Shown here: positions 27,636 to 38,447 of the stretch, piece by piece
Layout: each line of letters opens with the position of its first letter
Position numbering within the stretch: the first letter of the stretch is position 1
IMG/VR virus record: IMGVR_UViG_3300025842_000008
DNA length: 64,000 bases
Reading direction: 5' to 3' (one strand)
From: a virus
Notes under the pieces: generated by a model
Seen by the model: the letters and a program-made list of their open reading frames with translations, nothing else
Told to the model about the DNA's origin: nothing
The model's database searches: none
Program-made: the position numbers and the translations under genes

Positions 27636-27887
27636 TTATTTATCCTCTTTGGGCAATGAATTTACCATTTCTTCTGCCTTTTCACAAACAACCTTTACCA
27701 TATACCATTCAATCATAAGATTTTCGAGTTCTTCAAAAGTGATCTTATCTTTTGCTGACTTTACCAGTAAAGCTCTAGCTTCTTCATCCAGTGTTACCGG
27801 GAAATTATATACAACATCTTTAACTTCTTCGCCTACTTCAATTTTCATTGGATACTCCTTCTCATATGGGTTTATGTAATGGTTCAT
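27636..27887 (-). CDS. Hypothetical protein
   Basis: ORF in operon. Confidence 0.6.
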   Translation of the reverse strand: MNHYINPYEKEYPMKIEVGEEVKDVVYNFPVTLDEEARALLVKSAKDKITFEELENLMIEWYMVKVVCEKAEEMVNSLPKEDK

Positions 27888-27921
27888 CCTAACTTAAATG
27901 AAAAATGAAGTCAAGTGATTT

Positions 27922-29847
27922 TTAAACTCCCACAAATTCACACGAATTACCAGTACATGCATACTCCTTCATACCTTCTGTTGTATCAACCTTTTCATAG
28001 TTTGAAAGTTCTGTCCAGTCAATATTGGCGGGCATTTTACTTAAAAACATGTCATACTTTTCTTTATCTATCTCTTGATATGGTGATTGTGGTATAGAGT
28101 GACTTTCTTTTGGTAAAAACGCAACCCCACTAAGAATATCAAAGTGACTATACACCCATGCACCTACTTCCATCCACTCATGATCCTCAACGTATACTGT
28201 AATAGATGGTTTATGTTCACAATACTCTTCTTGGTAAATCTTCCATAATTCAAGTTGTTGTATGGCATTCATATCATTACGAAATACCGAACTTTCTGGT
28301 GCTTTTATTGGAAATGAGAATACATAACCAGTGTCAGGCTTCATTACATCATCTTCTACAGGAAACCCCTTATCAACCATTAATTGGGCTAAAGGGTCTT
28401 TTTTATCAGCCCTGATTGTACGTATGTAATACTGGCTGTATCTAGGATGTATACCACTTGAGGAATCAACCAATTGTGATACTGTACCTTCTGGTTTGAT
28501 GCATGTTATCGCGGTAGATGGATTAATGCCTAATTTTTTCGCCCAAACTGCATTTACCGATTTAGCACACTCCCTTAACTCATTCAACCATTTTTTCAAA
28601 ACATCGTACCCTTGACTGCCATTCATTACAGGATGATCCATAATACCTGTCATGGATACCCCTAATAATCTCTCTTCTTCGCAGTTCTTTGTCCAAGCAG
28701 ATGATAGATATCGGAATCTGGTTAATGTGCTTTGGAAAGTTCCTAAAATTGTTGCTAATCTGACCTTCTCCAACAAATCATCTAGTGTATCATCACATCT
28801 TATCACACAAGACGTTAGATTACAAAATTGCTTTGATCTTAGAACTATTTCGGAACATGGATTGGTTAGATAGTCAACATATCCCAGATCAGCACGTCTT
28901 TTTGGTTGTTGTTTTATAGCGGCAACGCGATTAAAAATACCTCTTTCGCCACATTTTGACATATATAAAGCCTTCCATTCATCCATAAAAATAGCCATAT
29001 CAGGCTTCTCTGTATATGCGACAGAATTATTTGCCAACGCTCTTTGTGGGTCGGATATCCACCATTGTCCTTGTTTTGCATTCCTCATCCTCTGATCTGT
29101 TAGGTTAGATAAAGAGATAAGGGCAGAACGTCTAACACCACCTACTACCACGATATCGGCAATTTTACACATAAGATCGTGACATTCTATAGAATTAAGT
29201 TTGCGCCCACGAGCATCTATAAACAGTTTAACGGTAAACTCGAACAAATCAACCAATGGATCTGGTCCTGACGCACGACCACCAAAAGTTTTCAGCTTCT
29301 CACCTGCTTTACGAACCTTTGACACATCCCATCTAGGGATCATGCCTTGATATAACAAGGAGATTAACTGGCGAAATGAAGATGCCCAACCAATTTTAGA
29401 GTCTGCGACCACGATGGTTGTATCAGTTTTATGCATTTCCTCCGCGATTTCAGGTAACTGATTAATATATTGACGCTCTACAGAGAACCCGAGACCAACT
29501 CCGCACATCAAAATAAACATAGTCTCATCAAAAACTCTCGGATGATCTACTGCCACCGCTGAACAGTTGTAACCAGCAACATTGTCACGATTTAGTGCTT
29601 TGCCTGCGGTCATCATGCTTCGCATAGATGGCATAACTTTAGTGTTTATAATCGCTTCTCGAATTTCATCTGCGACTTCATTGAATTCTGGCTTTTCTTC
29701 TTTCCAAAAATTTATAAGACGGTCAATAGTTTCATCCCATTCTTCACGTCTTTTTATTTTATCATCCCAACGAGCATATCTACTCTTATGGATAAATTTA
29801 GAATATTCTGCTGTATTTAAGTTTTCTAATGACATTTTTCCTCCCAA
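27922..29847 (-). CDS. nrdJ: Class II (adenosylcobalamin-dependent) ribonucleotide reductase
   Basis: YNCS, VVVGGVRRSA, NPCSEI..FCNL, KPEGTVSQL, C-terminal C..C. Confidence 0.9.
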   Translation of the reverse strand: MGGKMSLENLNTAEYSKFIHKSRYARWDDKIKRREEWDETIDRLINFWKEEKPEFNEVADEIREAIINTKVMPSMRSMMTAGKALNRDNVAGYNCSAVAVDHPRVFDETMFILMCGVGLGFSVERQYINQLPEIAEEMHKTDTTIVVADSKIGWASSFRQLISLLYQGMIPRWDVSKVRKAGEKLKTFGGRASGPDPLVDLFEFTVKLFIDARGRKLNSIECHDLMCKIADIVVVGGVRRSALISLSNLTDQRMRNAKQGQWWISDPQRALANNSVAYTEKPDMAIFMDEWKALYMSKCGERGIFNRVAAIKQQPKRRADLGYVDYLTNPCSEIVLRSKQFCNLTSCVIRCDDTLDDLLEKVRLATILGTFQSTLTRFRYLSSAWTKNCEEERLLGVSMTGIMDHPVMNGSQGYDVLKKWLNELRECAKSVNAVWAKKLGINPSTAITCIKPEGTVSQLVDSSSGIHPRYSQYYIRTIRADKKDPLAQLMVDKGFPVEDDVMKPDTGYVFSFPIKAPESSVFRNDMNAIQQLELWKIYQEEYCEHKPSITVYVEDHEWMEVGAWVYSHFDILSGVAFLPKESHSIPQSPYQEIDKEKYDMFLSKMPANIDWTELSNYEKVDTTEGMKEYACTGNSCEFVGV

Positions 29848-29901
29848 AAAACACCACTACTCTAATAAGGTCGCCAGAGCAGCGGTGTTTATTACAATAT
29901 C

Positions 29902-30240
29902 TTATTTTTTATTCTGTGATCGTCTTGCTTTACGTGACAGCTTATTTTTGGCACGATTCTTTTCTTTTCGGGCTTCAATGGTAGGTTTTGTGTACCCAGA
30001 TCTCCACCCACTAAGGTCATGAGCATATCCCAATTTGAACAATTTTTCTGGACCTAATTTTTTAAGTTCTGTAATTTTAGAATTTGCTTTAAACTGATAT
30101 TTACTCTCAATCGCCTGAATATCATCTTCTTTTAATTCTTTAGTTTCAGGGTCATTTCTCGCTCCATCAATCTCTTTTTTTGCCATTTCTTGATAATGTT
30201 CTTTAATCTCTTGAATTTTTCTTCCGTCTATAGTTACCAT
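29902..30240 (-). CDS. Hypothetical basic protein
   Basis: 112 aa ORF. Confidence 0.6.
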   Translation of the reverse strand: MVTIDGRKIQEIKEHYQEMAKKEIDGARNDPETKELKEDDIQAIESKYQFKANSKITELKKLGPEKLFKLGYAHDLSGWRSGYTKPTIEARKEKNRAKNKLSRKARRSQNKK

Positions 30241-30300
30241 AATTACCTCACATTTTTTGTGTTAGATTAAACGTAATATTCCCAACAATTCCTTCGTCCG

Positions 30301-30840
30301 TTATTTAACTCCTGTACTGTTGTATGCACCTTCACCACGTTCTGTCTGGTCAAGTTCATCAACTTCAACGAAGTTGGCTTTATAAACAGGACAAATAACA
30401 CCTTGGGCAATTCTTTCGCCACACTCAATTTCAATGACTTTATCGGAAAGGTTATGACACAACACCCCAACTTCACCAGTGTAGCCAGAATCCACTGTGC
30501 CCGGAGAGTTAGCGACATTAAATCCTCTTTTAAGGGGTGAACCTGAACGGGTTCTTACCTGTAATTCTGTACCTTTTGGTGTAGCCACCTTGATGCCTGT
30601 CGGTACAACAATCGTACCACCGGGGGCAATCTGATATCCACCTTGTTCATTTGTGGATGCTCTCAGGTCAAATCCACTATCACCTTCTTTAGCGTACAAA
30701 AGTTTTTGATTGTCCTCACCACCATTATAAGTATCAAGATAAACGATCTTTACCGGGATCTCGACATCTGACTTAAATAATGTATCGTAAATGTGTCCGG
30801 CAATGTTAGAGAACATATTAACATACTCTTCTTTTTTCAT
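30301..30840 (-). CDS. dut: Trimeric dUTPase
   Basis: GFDL, RSG, GTVDSGYTGE, RIAQ and RGEGAYNSTG. Confidence 0.95.
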   Translation of the reverse strand: MKKEEYVNMFSNIAGHIYDTLFKSDVEIPVKIVYLDTYNGGEDNQKLLYAKEGDSGFDLRASTNEQGGYQIAPGGTIVVPTGIKVATPKGTELQVRTRSGSPLKRGFNVANSPGTVDSGYTGEVGVLCHNLSDKVIEIECGERIAQGVICPVYKANFVEVDELDQTERGEGAYNSTGVK

Positions 30841-30934
30841 AACAAATTTCTCCTTTTTACAACAACATAACTGTAAATAAAAAAATTAAGGGTCAATTAA
30901 GACCCTTAATAATTTTTACATATATTGTTATTAT

Positions 30935-31138
30935 TTAAAAATCGACATTACTTATGAATAACACATATTTCGGTTCCCAGACTACATCAACGGAATCCCC
31001 AACAATCTGTTCGATACAAGCACCTTTATCCCATTTGTTAAGAGCCAAAAGTGCTTCTTCAAACGTATCAAAAAATTGAGGAAGTGATTGATGCCATTCT
31101 TTGTTGACTACCTTGTAAGCCCCGTCATAGTTGTTCAT
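30935..31138 (-). CDS. Small hypothetical protein
   Basis: ORF track. Confidence 0.55.
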   Translation of the reverse strand: MNNYDGAYKVVNKEWHQSLPQFFDTFEEALLALNKWDKGACIEQIVGDSVDVVWEPKYVLFISNVDF

Positions 31139-31214
31139 TGATTAATCCTTTTTGTTAGTGGTTATAGGTTAGGAAACTCAGTATGATTAATATTACCAAG
31201 TTCATCGTATTGTG

Positions 31215-32111
31215 TCAATACACGTTCAATATTTTATTCTCTACTTGGGTGAAATTTTCCAAATAATCCGGCCATTTATATTTCTTAAAAAAACTTAATA
31301 TATTATCAGGATTCGGTTTAATATATTCGTCATAGTCACGAAGAACACGTCTTCTTATTTCTGAGGGAATACGAGAAAAATCCATTAAATTACGATTAAA
31401 TTCATAACGTTCACGTAAATTGTTATCTTCTAACCATTTTTCCCATCCACCAGCATATGATAACACCTTTTCGAATGCTTTGTCACCAAACCCCGGCTTT
31501 CTTTTGTCATCTGGATGCTCCAAAGGCGTTTTAATATTAAAAATGTTATCCTTTGCCTGACCCTTCATGCATTCCTCTACCAAGAAAAGTTCGGGGTTTG
31601 GATGTGCTACATGAGTCTTTTTTAAAGGGTTATATATAGTAACATTCTTTTTACATAATTGCAAAAAATCTTTATCGTTAGAAATAATATACCATTCCTG
31701 TTGCTTTTCAAGGCATAACACACCTATAACATCATCAGCCTCGGTGTCTTTACATCTAATGACTTTAAATGGAAAATGATTTTTGATTTCCAAAAGGAAA
31801 CTTTCATACATATCATAATATCCATCCCAATCAAACTCTAATTTATCTCTGGATTCTTTGCGATGTGATTTATATTTAGACCAATAAAGTTTTCTCCACG
31901 AATGTCTATCATCCATAGCCAAAACTATTTCATTGACCCCGTGAACGTTTAACAAAGACTTGTAGATAGAATCAAAGACACGAAATTTGAATGTTTCCGT
32001 ATCCATATCAACCACTTTCTTACTATTATCAGGATCGTACTTTAAAACATCTTGACCGAATAAATTCCTCATAGCAAGGTTATTCACGTCGAAACAAATT
32101 GTTTTTTTCAA
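31215..32111 (-). CDS. rnh: RNase H / 5'-3' exonuclease (T4 rnh-like)
   Basis: FDVNN, SWRK..Y...R, EADDVI, SNDKDFLQ, GQAKDNI. Confidence 0.92.
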   Translation of the reverse strand: MKKTICFDVNNLAMRNLFGQDVLKYDPDNSKKVVDMDTETFKFRVFDSIYKSLLNVHGVNEIVLAMDDRHSWRKLYWSKYKSHRKESRDKLEFDWDGYYDMYESFLLEIKNHFPFKVIRCKDTEADDVIGVLCLEKQQEWYIISNDKDFLQLCKKNVTIYNPLKKTHVAHPNPELFLVEECMKGQAKDNIFNIKTPLEHPDDKRKPGFGDKAFEKVLSYAGGWEKWLEDNNLRERYEFNRNLMDFSRIPSEIRRRVLRDYDEYIKPNPDNILSFFKKYKWPDYLENFTQVENKILNVY

Positions 32112-32164
32112 ATTATTACTCCAATTTTTCTTTTATATTATGTTATGTAATATGAAATGTAAAC

Positions 32165-32560
32165 TTATTTAATCTTTCTGACATACTTTTTACCAGAATC
32201 ATCAGTTGTTCTAACATAAAAAGGTCGATTATATTTTGTTCCTGACATATATTTCTGTGCAGGAGATTCCGACTTCCAACGCAAACGTCTACGACCGTCT
32301 TGCATGTTCTGATTAAATTCTTCGGGAGATACATCAAAACAAGGAAACTCATCCTTACCTTGTTTTATGATATCATTAGCCATAACACCATCAACATCAG
32401 TCTCATATCCTGAAGGTTGTGATTCCGTTCCCGATGCATTGGTGTTTTGATTTTCTCCACCCATAGTTACAACGTTTCTATTATCATTGGCGTGATTAGC
32501 ACCACTATCACCCATAAATTCACCCATTCTGTGCCTCCATTTTCTTTTTTTGTTCCACAC
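32165..32560 (-). CDS. Hypothetical protein
   Basis: ORF track; true start probably at MGEFMG. Confidence 0.6.
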   Translation of the reverse strand: MWNKKRKWRHRMGEFMGDSGANHANDNRNVVTMGGENQNTNASGTESQPSGYETDVDGVMANDIIKQGKDEFPCFDVSPEEFNQNMQDGRRRLRWKSESPAQKYMSGTKYNRPFYVRTTDDSGKKYVRKIK

Positions 32561-32957
32561 AATAATCTATTATTTTATCTATCCTATCCTCTCGTAATAT
32601 CTTGGAAGGATGCTTCATACGCACATCTTTTATCGTCCTGAATATTTGTTTGCATAGTTCGCGATCAAATGGGACATCTTCGTTTATATATTCCGTTTCA
32701 CCTTTATTTATCTCAATTCTGGCGACACCTGTCCCCTGTAGAGCATCTTTGATCATCTTGTACTTTATTCTGGTATTGGTATTCATATCCAAATACTTTC
32801 CATAAAGTATTGCTTTTGCTCCTCTCCCTTCCATTTTTTTAATAAAATCGACAAATCTTATATTTTCAGGCAAAAGACCTTCGTCACGTAACATATCAAA
32901 TAGATATATCATGACAATATCACAAAATTCATCTGAATGTACACCTATACTACTCAT
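32520..32957 (-). CDS. Hypothetical protein
   Basis: 145 aa ORF. Confidence 0.65.
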   Translation of the reverse strand: MSSIGVHSDEFCDIVMIYLFDMLRDEGLLPENIRFVDFIKKMEGRGAKAILYGKYLDMNTNTRIKYKMIKDALQGTGVARIEINKGETEYINEDVPFDRELCKQIFRTIKDVRMKHPSKILREDRIDKIIDYCVEQKKKMEAQNG

Positions 32958-33223
32958 ATCACCGTCAATCTTATATTATTTGCATTTTTAATGGACTTCT
33001 TTAATCGATTATATCTTAATTTTGTAGCCGCACTTTCTCTCATGTAAACTGTTTTTATTTTGCCCAAACTTTTTGATTGAATATATCTCAACAGATCATC
33101 AAATTCTGGAGTAAATACTGTATTATTAGGATCACTTAACATTCCTCTGGTTTCACGAGATAACTGAACAATATATACTGTTAATAGCTCATGAAACTCA
33201 TCTACCGTCATCTCTGTATTCAT
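32954..33223 (-). CDS. Hypothetical protein
   Basis: ORF coupled by an ATGA overlap. Confidence 0.6.
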   Translation of the reverse strand: MNTEMTVDEFHELLTVYIVQLSRETRGMLSDPNNTVFTPEFDDLLRYIQSKSLGKIKTVYMRESAATKLRYNRLKKSIKNANNIRLTVI

Positions 33224-33741
33224 AAAATCTTAATATCCTCTGGAGTTACTGTATTTAAAAACTCTGTCATGTCAAAAAAATGACATATAGATAAATTATT
33301 ACATTCGCCCCATGTCATTGTAATAGAAGGGATTTTTCGTAAATCGTCGTTTATTATAGATATGCCAATCAAAGCGTTAAATTGTTTTTTCTTATATATC
33401 AACATAGGTAATTTATCTGCTCTACAGGCGTCGTTACAACATTGCTCCCAGAATAGACGGATTTCGTCATTCTTAACGCCTTTCAGATGCTTATGAAAAT
33501 TACTATTAGGGTAACCTACCTTACATTCAATACTAAACTTTGAGGTAAGAAATGTTCCCTCTGGTCTTAATGATATTATATCACCAGAAAGTTCTTTGTT
33601 TTCTATGGACACGGTTGCCACGGAACCACTACCCGGCGCTCTCCACCAGACATAGGGTTTCTCTACTCCTGTCAACCATTTAGTTAATGTTTTAGCAACA
33701 TCACGTTCCCATGTCCCACCCTTACCTTTTCCTTTCGCCAC
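33220..33741 (-). CDS. Hjc-like Holliday junction resolvase
   Basis: KGKGGTWER..R.PGSG..GDI..IECK. Confidence 0.85.
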   Translation of the reverse strand: MAKGKGKGGTWERDVAKTLTKWLTGVEKPYVWWRAPGSGSVATVSIENKELSGDIISLRPEGTFLTSKFSIECKVGYPNSNFHKHLKGVKNDEIRLFWEQCCNDACRADKLPMLIYKKKQFNALIGISIINDDLRKIPSITMTWGECNNLSICHFFDMTEFLNTVTPEDIKIL

Positions 33742-33802
33742 AGATTATTTCTCCAATTAAACTTCGGTTTCTACTTTTCTATTTTCTCATTAATATCTAT
33801 AA

Positions 33803-33985
33803 TTATACTTCAAATAAATCGGATTCTTTATCGAAATGATCTAACGTGCCTTGTCCCATAGACACTATCTTTAAAACTTTTGTTAATGTGTGATCAAAGT
33901 CTACATCAACTGCATAAGTATCTATCAATTTTCGTTGAAATTTTCTACTATCATCATCATAGATTGTCCAATAATTTCTGTTCAT
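33803..33985 (-). CDS. Small hypothetical protein
   Basis: ORF track. Confidence 0.45.
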   Translation of the reverse strand: MNRNYWTIYDDDSRKFQRKLIDTYAVDVDFDHTLTKVLKIVSMGQGTLDHFDKESDLFEV

Positions 33986-34598
33986 ACATAAAATCCTCCG
34001 AAGACTCGACTATGACTACTGCATTGCTTATGTCAAATGACTCGTCCCCTTCATATAACTTATCATTAGCCACATCCTGAATAGTCAAGGTTTTTTGAAA
34101 ATTATCACCAAATCCAAGTATTTTAATGGGCATATATTTATCTCGTTCCCTCATTCCATTAATACCAGTATTTAAAAGTTTATCCGCCCAATCAAATAGA
34201 ATATCTTTAATCTTTTTTGTCATTTTGCCAATGTTTAATGAGTATTGATTCTTGTATCTTCGAATACGAATAAATCCTTTATTTAATAAATTAATGATTA
34301 TCTCTTCTCTAGCTTTACCTTCTTGTCCCATACGTTCATTGTATTTTTCATACGTCTTCTCAATCACATCAGTGGTTAATCCAAACTTTTTGGGGTTTTT
34401 AATAACAACATCGATGTGATTAGTTGATACAGGAAGAACTTCACCTCTCGGTGATATCCAATAAGCAACAGTTCCTGTGATTTCATTCAAATAAACTTTA
34501 AATTGTGTCATGACTCTAATATACAGTCCTTGTAGTAATATAAATTTTAAATCTAATAAAAAGGGTTCAATAGTATTTATACTAAAGAACCCTTTCAC
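33957..34598 (-). CDS. Hypothetical late protein (likely start MTQFKVYLNE, 34510)
   Basis: TATAAATA 34575-34582; YWISPRG..H motif. Confidence 0.65.
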   Translation of the reverse strand: MKGFFSINTIEPFLLDLKFILLQGLYIRVMTQFKVYLNEITGTVAYWISPRGEVLPVSTNHIDVVIKNPKKFGLTTDVIEKTYEKYNERMGQEGKAREEIIINLLNKGFIRIRRYKNQYSLNIGKMTKKIKDILFDWADKLLNTGINGMRERDKYMPIKILGFGDNFQKTLTIQDVANDKLYEGDESFDISNAVVIVESSEDFMYEQKLLDNL

Positions 34599-34619
34599 AT
34601 TTAAATGATTTTATAATGA

Positions 34620-35594
34620 TTACATTTTTTGTAATTCTGCCAACAATGCATCAGTATCATCTTGATCATTATCATTTGATTCGGCAACGTTTGATGATGC
34701 TTGAGATTCCTGAGTTGTATTCGCGTTAACGGGGCTTTCTGATGACATTTTAGTATCAGAAGAACTCATAACGGTATCCGAAGTCCCACGTTTATAATAC
34801 TTCTCGAAGTTATGACCCACATCATCCCACAGCATCTCAGATTTCAAAAGTGTTTCCATCTCATCCACAGAAAGAACCAAAGATTTGATGTACTCTTCAA
34901 GAGAAATACATTGCGCCATAATCTCAGATATTTTTTCCTCTGTTTCAGCAATTGGAGTTGCTCTACGGGCAAAAATTGTATCACCGTAATCGGGCCATTC
35001 TTTACCATTTTTGTCCTTGGGCTTCGCTTTGACCTTCAAGATGAAGTCAAATCCATCTTCTGGATCGAAAATTTTCATTCCGTATCCCTGATCTTTATCA
35101 TTGATTTCATTGGAAATTTTTGATTCCACTGTAGAGGGGAACTCATACAAACGAACAGTGTTGTTCACTTTGTATGCCTCATCCTTGACATCTACATCTC
35201 GAGGATCCTCAATGACATACACGTTAGACACATAACGTGTGTTACGTTTGTACTGACTTGCCTTACGTTTGTCTGTGTCGTTGCCTTGATAAAGAATCTT
35301 GGTAGCTTCGCAAAATGGACAATATTCCTCAAGACCGTAGGTTTTATTACAAAGGAAATACTTGAATTTTTCCCCAACACGAAAACCGTGATACATATAT
35401 TCCTTATAAAATCCCTTTACTGGATCAGGTAAAAGTCGAATTTTATATTCCTTGGCTCGATCCACTGTACCCATTTGAGGGTTTTTCCATTTTCGAAAAA
35501 AGTGATTAGATGAATCATCCTTATTGTTTTCTGCCTCTTTCGCTTTTTGGTTAGCAAAATCATCATAATCGTCTTTTCTTAGCCATTTACTCAT
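34620..35594 (-). CDS. gp32: Single-stranded DNA-binding protein (gp32-like)
   Basis: IRLLP, H..C..CPFC Zn site, DPEDGFDF, acidic tail. Confidence 0.88.
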   Translation of the reverse strand: MSKWLRKDDYDDFANQKAKEAENNKDDSSNHFFRKWKNPQMGTVDRAKEYKIRLLPDPVKGFYKEYMYHGFRVGEKFKYFLCNKTYGLEEYCPFCEATKILYQGNDTDKRKASQYKRNTRYVSNVYVIEDPRDVDVKDEAYKVNNTVRLYEFPSTVESKISNEINDKDQGYGMKIFDPEDGFDFILKVKAKPKDKNGKEWPDYGDTIFARRATPIAETEEKISEIMAQCISLEEYIKSLVLSVDEMETLLKSEMLWDDVGHNFEKYYKRGTSDTVMSSSDTKMSSESPVNANTTQESQASSNVAESNDNDQDDTDALLAELQKM

Positions 35595-35835
35595 GTTTGT
35601 CTCCTATACTGTAGATTAAATTAATGTCTGTTCCGTTCTTTTAACGGTTACTGAATTATAAGGTTTTTGTGTTGCTATGTAAACCCTATCTGATATTTTT
35701 AGCACAAATAATACATTTATTTTTTAACTTGTTTATTCGGTAATCAAAATCTTTTTTTGATTCTCAGATCTTTCCTCTTTTTCCTTTAAAGTTTCCCCTG
35801 TACCATAAATAAGCTGTTCTTTGGTTGTCTCTTTT

Positions 35836-36609
35836 TTAAGAGGTTTCTCGAGATAAGGTTTGTCCTCTGACTTTTTCATTCAATTCATTCTCCTTTTGTA
35901 TGATAAATGGTTTTATGTCTTCAAGTTGCGCTAATATTTCCCTGTATCGCTTCACAAGGTAGGGAGAAAGTGCGCGTTCATCATCAGTGAGATTTATATA
36001 CCCTTTATTAACACAGTAAGCTAATGTTATTGAGTCAATATTTCCCTGTACATACATATTCACACAGACTCTTATCTCACCGTCGCGGAATTTGCAAAAA
36101 TTCTGTAATTCACTATATCCGGGTCTGATAGGTTTATCCAACATGTAATCAAAAATATTGTCAAATGAATCTTTGATTTCTTGGTGAGTAACTTCAATCT
36201 TTCTTTTACAAACTTTATCTTTATGGATATATAAATTAATAACCTTTTCATTAAGAAGGTGTTTATATGTAAACCCTTTCCATAACTCAAAACCACATGA
36301 CATATATACATCAAGATCGATATTAGAATATGTTGTGTTAAAGTACATAGTAGCATCATTCAACCATTTAAGGTTATTAGGATTCATCTTTTCAAGGAAC
36401 TGATCCCAATCCTTCGGAATACGAAATCCTCTACCACTTGAGTTTCCTTGTGCCCTTCTAAAGGAAATATACACATCTTTATTTGTAATCACTAAATATA
36501 CTCCATCATTTATATTATTAATTTTATACGAGTGACAATATAATGTAAAATTTGAGATATGTAAATGACAAAAGAGGTGATTTAAAAGAAAACCACCCCT
36601 TGTTATCAA
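35836..36609 (-). CDS. Hypothetical protein upstream of gp32 (positional gp59 candidate)
   Basis: 257 aa ORF; assignment by synteny only. Confidence 0.5.
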   Translation of the reverse strand: MITRGGFLLNHLFCHLHISNFTLYCHSYKINNINDGVYLVITNKDVYISFRRAQGNSSGRGFRIPKDWDQFLEKMNPNNLKWLNDATMYFNTTYSNIDLDVYMSCGFELWKGFTYKHLLNEKVINLYIHKDKVCKRKIEVTHQEIKDSFDNIFDYMLDKPIRPGYSELQNFCKFRDGEIRVCVNMYVQGNIDSITLAYCVNKGYINLTDDERALSPYLVKRYREILAQLEDIKPFIIQKENELNEKVRGQTLSRETS

Positions 36610-37124
36610 TCTTTCATTGACATTTCAATCCTTTCATGAATTCTATACTTTTTAGTCCAATATTGAACATATTCCCCAATCGTAGGTCTAAATGGCTTTC
36701 GTCTCAAAAACATTTTGGATTCAGAGCATAAGCGGTCAGCTTTCCTATGATTACAAGGTTTACATGCAGTAACGCAATTCTCAAAAGTTGACTTTCCTCC
36801 TCTTGATTTAGGTATCACATGATCGATAGTACAATCTGATTCATATTCAATATATGTCCCACAGAATTGACAGGTTTGGTCATCTCTCATAAAAACATTT
36901 CTTTTTGAGTACGGCACACTTTGACCAAATCTTTTACGAATATACGTAATCACACGAATCATCATAGGAACAATCATTTTAACTGTTCCGTCAAAATTAC
37001 GTACAACTCGGTCTGATTCTTCAACGGGATGAGCCTTTCCTTCATACAAAAGACAAATAGCATTTTGCCATGAAGTAACACTTAGGAATGAATAATCTGC
37101 ATTAAGCACAATCACTGGTTCCAT
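36606..37124 (-). CDS. HNH endonuclease
   Basis: VLNADY, RDDQTCQFCG, TIDHVIPKSRGG, ACKPCN. Confidence 0.92.
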   Translation of the reverse strand: MEPVIVLNADYSFLSVTSWQNAICLLYEGKAHPVEESDRVVRNFDGTVKMIVPMMIRVITYIRKRFGQSVPYSKRNVFMRDDQTCQFCGTYIEYESDCTIDHVIPKSRGGKSTFENCVTACKPCNHRKADRLCSESKMFLRRKPFRPTIGEYVQYWTKKYRIHERIEMSMKD

Positions 37125-37144
37125 TTTTCACACCACCTATCCTT

Positions 37145-37417
37145 CTATATAGAAAATTTATTTGATTCATTTCCGGTTAACACTTTTGCAACTTTCGGAT
37201 CATCTTTTAATTTTGCAATATAAACTCTGTAATTTTCAATTGCTTGTTGTTTGGTTACTACATAGTCTGGTTTACCTGTTTCTTCACTGGCAACAGTTAC
37301 TTCATTTTTTTCTGTATAACAAAATACACATTTGCATGCCTTGCTTCCGGTGTTCGGTTCCATTAAAACACTGAAATCTGGATGAAAATATTTATCACAT
37401 TTTACGCAACGGGGCAT
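37145..37417 (-). CDS. Zn-binding hypothetical protein
   Basis: CVKC..CVFC. Confidence 0.65.
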   Translation of the reverse strand: MPRCVKCDKYFHPDFSVLMEPNTGSKACKCVFCYTEKNEVTVASEETGKPDYVVTKQQAIENYRVYIAKLKDDPKVAKVLTGNESNKFSI

Positions 37418-37453
37418 AAACGTTCTCCTGTTTTAACATATTTCTTTTATTTA

Positions 37454-37753
37454 TTAAAATTTGCTCAGTTCATGAAGAGATTTCTCAATGTTTGTACCAA
37501 TTTCTGCCATATTATTGTTAACGTCACGACAATATCGATCAATTCCTTCGCTTAATTTCTTCCCATCACTATAACAATTCAAGATTTCCATCTTAATTAA
37601 ACCGCTGATTGCCTCTTCTACTGCTAAATAGGCATCACTCACATTATCAGGGTCAACATCAACAACAGTTAATGTTACCGATGGTTTAATACTTTCGTAA
37701 TTTCCCGTGTTTATAGTAAGCGTCCTTGTGACACTTAAGTTTACCTTTGCCAT
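37454..37753 (-). CDS. Hypothetical protein
   Basis: TINTGNYESIK motif of a small phage family. Confidence 0.65.
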   Translation of the reverse strand: MAKVNLSVTRTLTINTGNYESIKPSVTLTVVDVDPDNVSDAYLAVEEAISGLIKMEILNCYSDGKKLSEGIDRYCRDVNNNMAEIGTNIEKSLHELSKF

Positions 37754-37761
37754 ATACTACC

Positions 37762-38439
37762 TCACAATTTCATTTTTTCTATCTTTACTATACCTTTAAA
37801 GGGTTTTCTGTCACCAAAAAAGGAACGGAACGTTACCGCTGAACCAAGTCCAATTTCTTTACAAATATCCCTCTGGTCGGCATTTATGTATTCTCTCACA
37901 CTTCCATCATCAAAGTAAACAGAATACGAATATTTCATACCATCACTTATCAATGCTCTGTGTTCATTGGTTAATGGTTTACCCTTATGGGATTCACTCA
38001 TCTTCCTTCTATGTTCTTCTGATAGAGATTTTCCATGATAGGCACCTATACATCCATACATGGAATTGTCTTCACCAGTAAACCTACCCTTCAACGAATC
38101 ACTTATCCTCTTTTTAACCTCATCGGTATGTTCTGCATTAAGACCACCACCAACGGTTCTATTGTATAAGGTATATCCATCAGACACATATCGTCTTATT
38201 ATAAAATCCTCACAATAATTCAGGTCATCAATATTAGAACACTCACAAACTATTTCCCACAACAACTCTTCGTCTGAATACTTCTGTATGACAGGATACA
38301 ACGTGCCATTCTTAAACCTTCTATGTTGACTATACCTCTGGCGTAGTGGTCTGGTGGTCTGACCCACATATAGTTTACCATTGGTCAAGTTAGTGACCCT
38401 GTAAATTATACCTGTATGTTCATAGTCAAAGATATCCAT
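37762..38439 (-). mobile_element. GIY-YIG homing endonuclease with NUMOD3 repeats
   Basis: GIIYRVTN..YVGQT..R..QH, YN; HTDEVKKRISDS and SEEHRRKMSES. Confidence 0.9.
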
Positions 38440-38447
38440 ACCTGTAT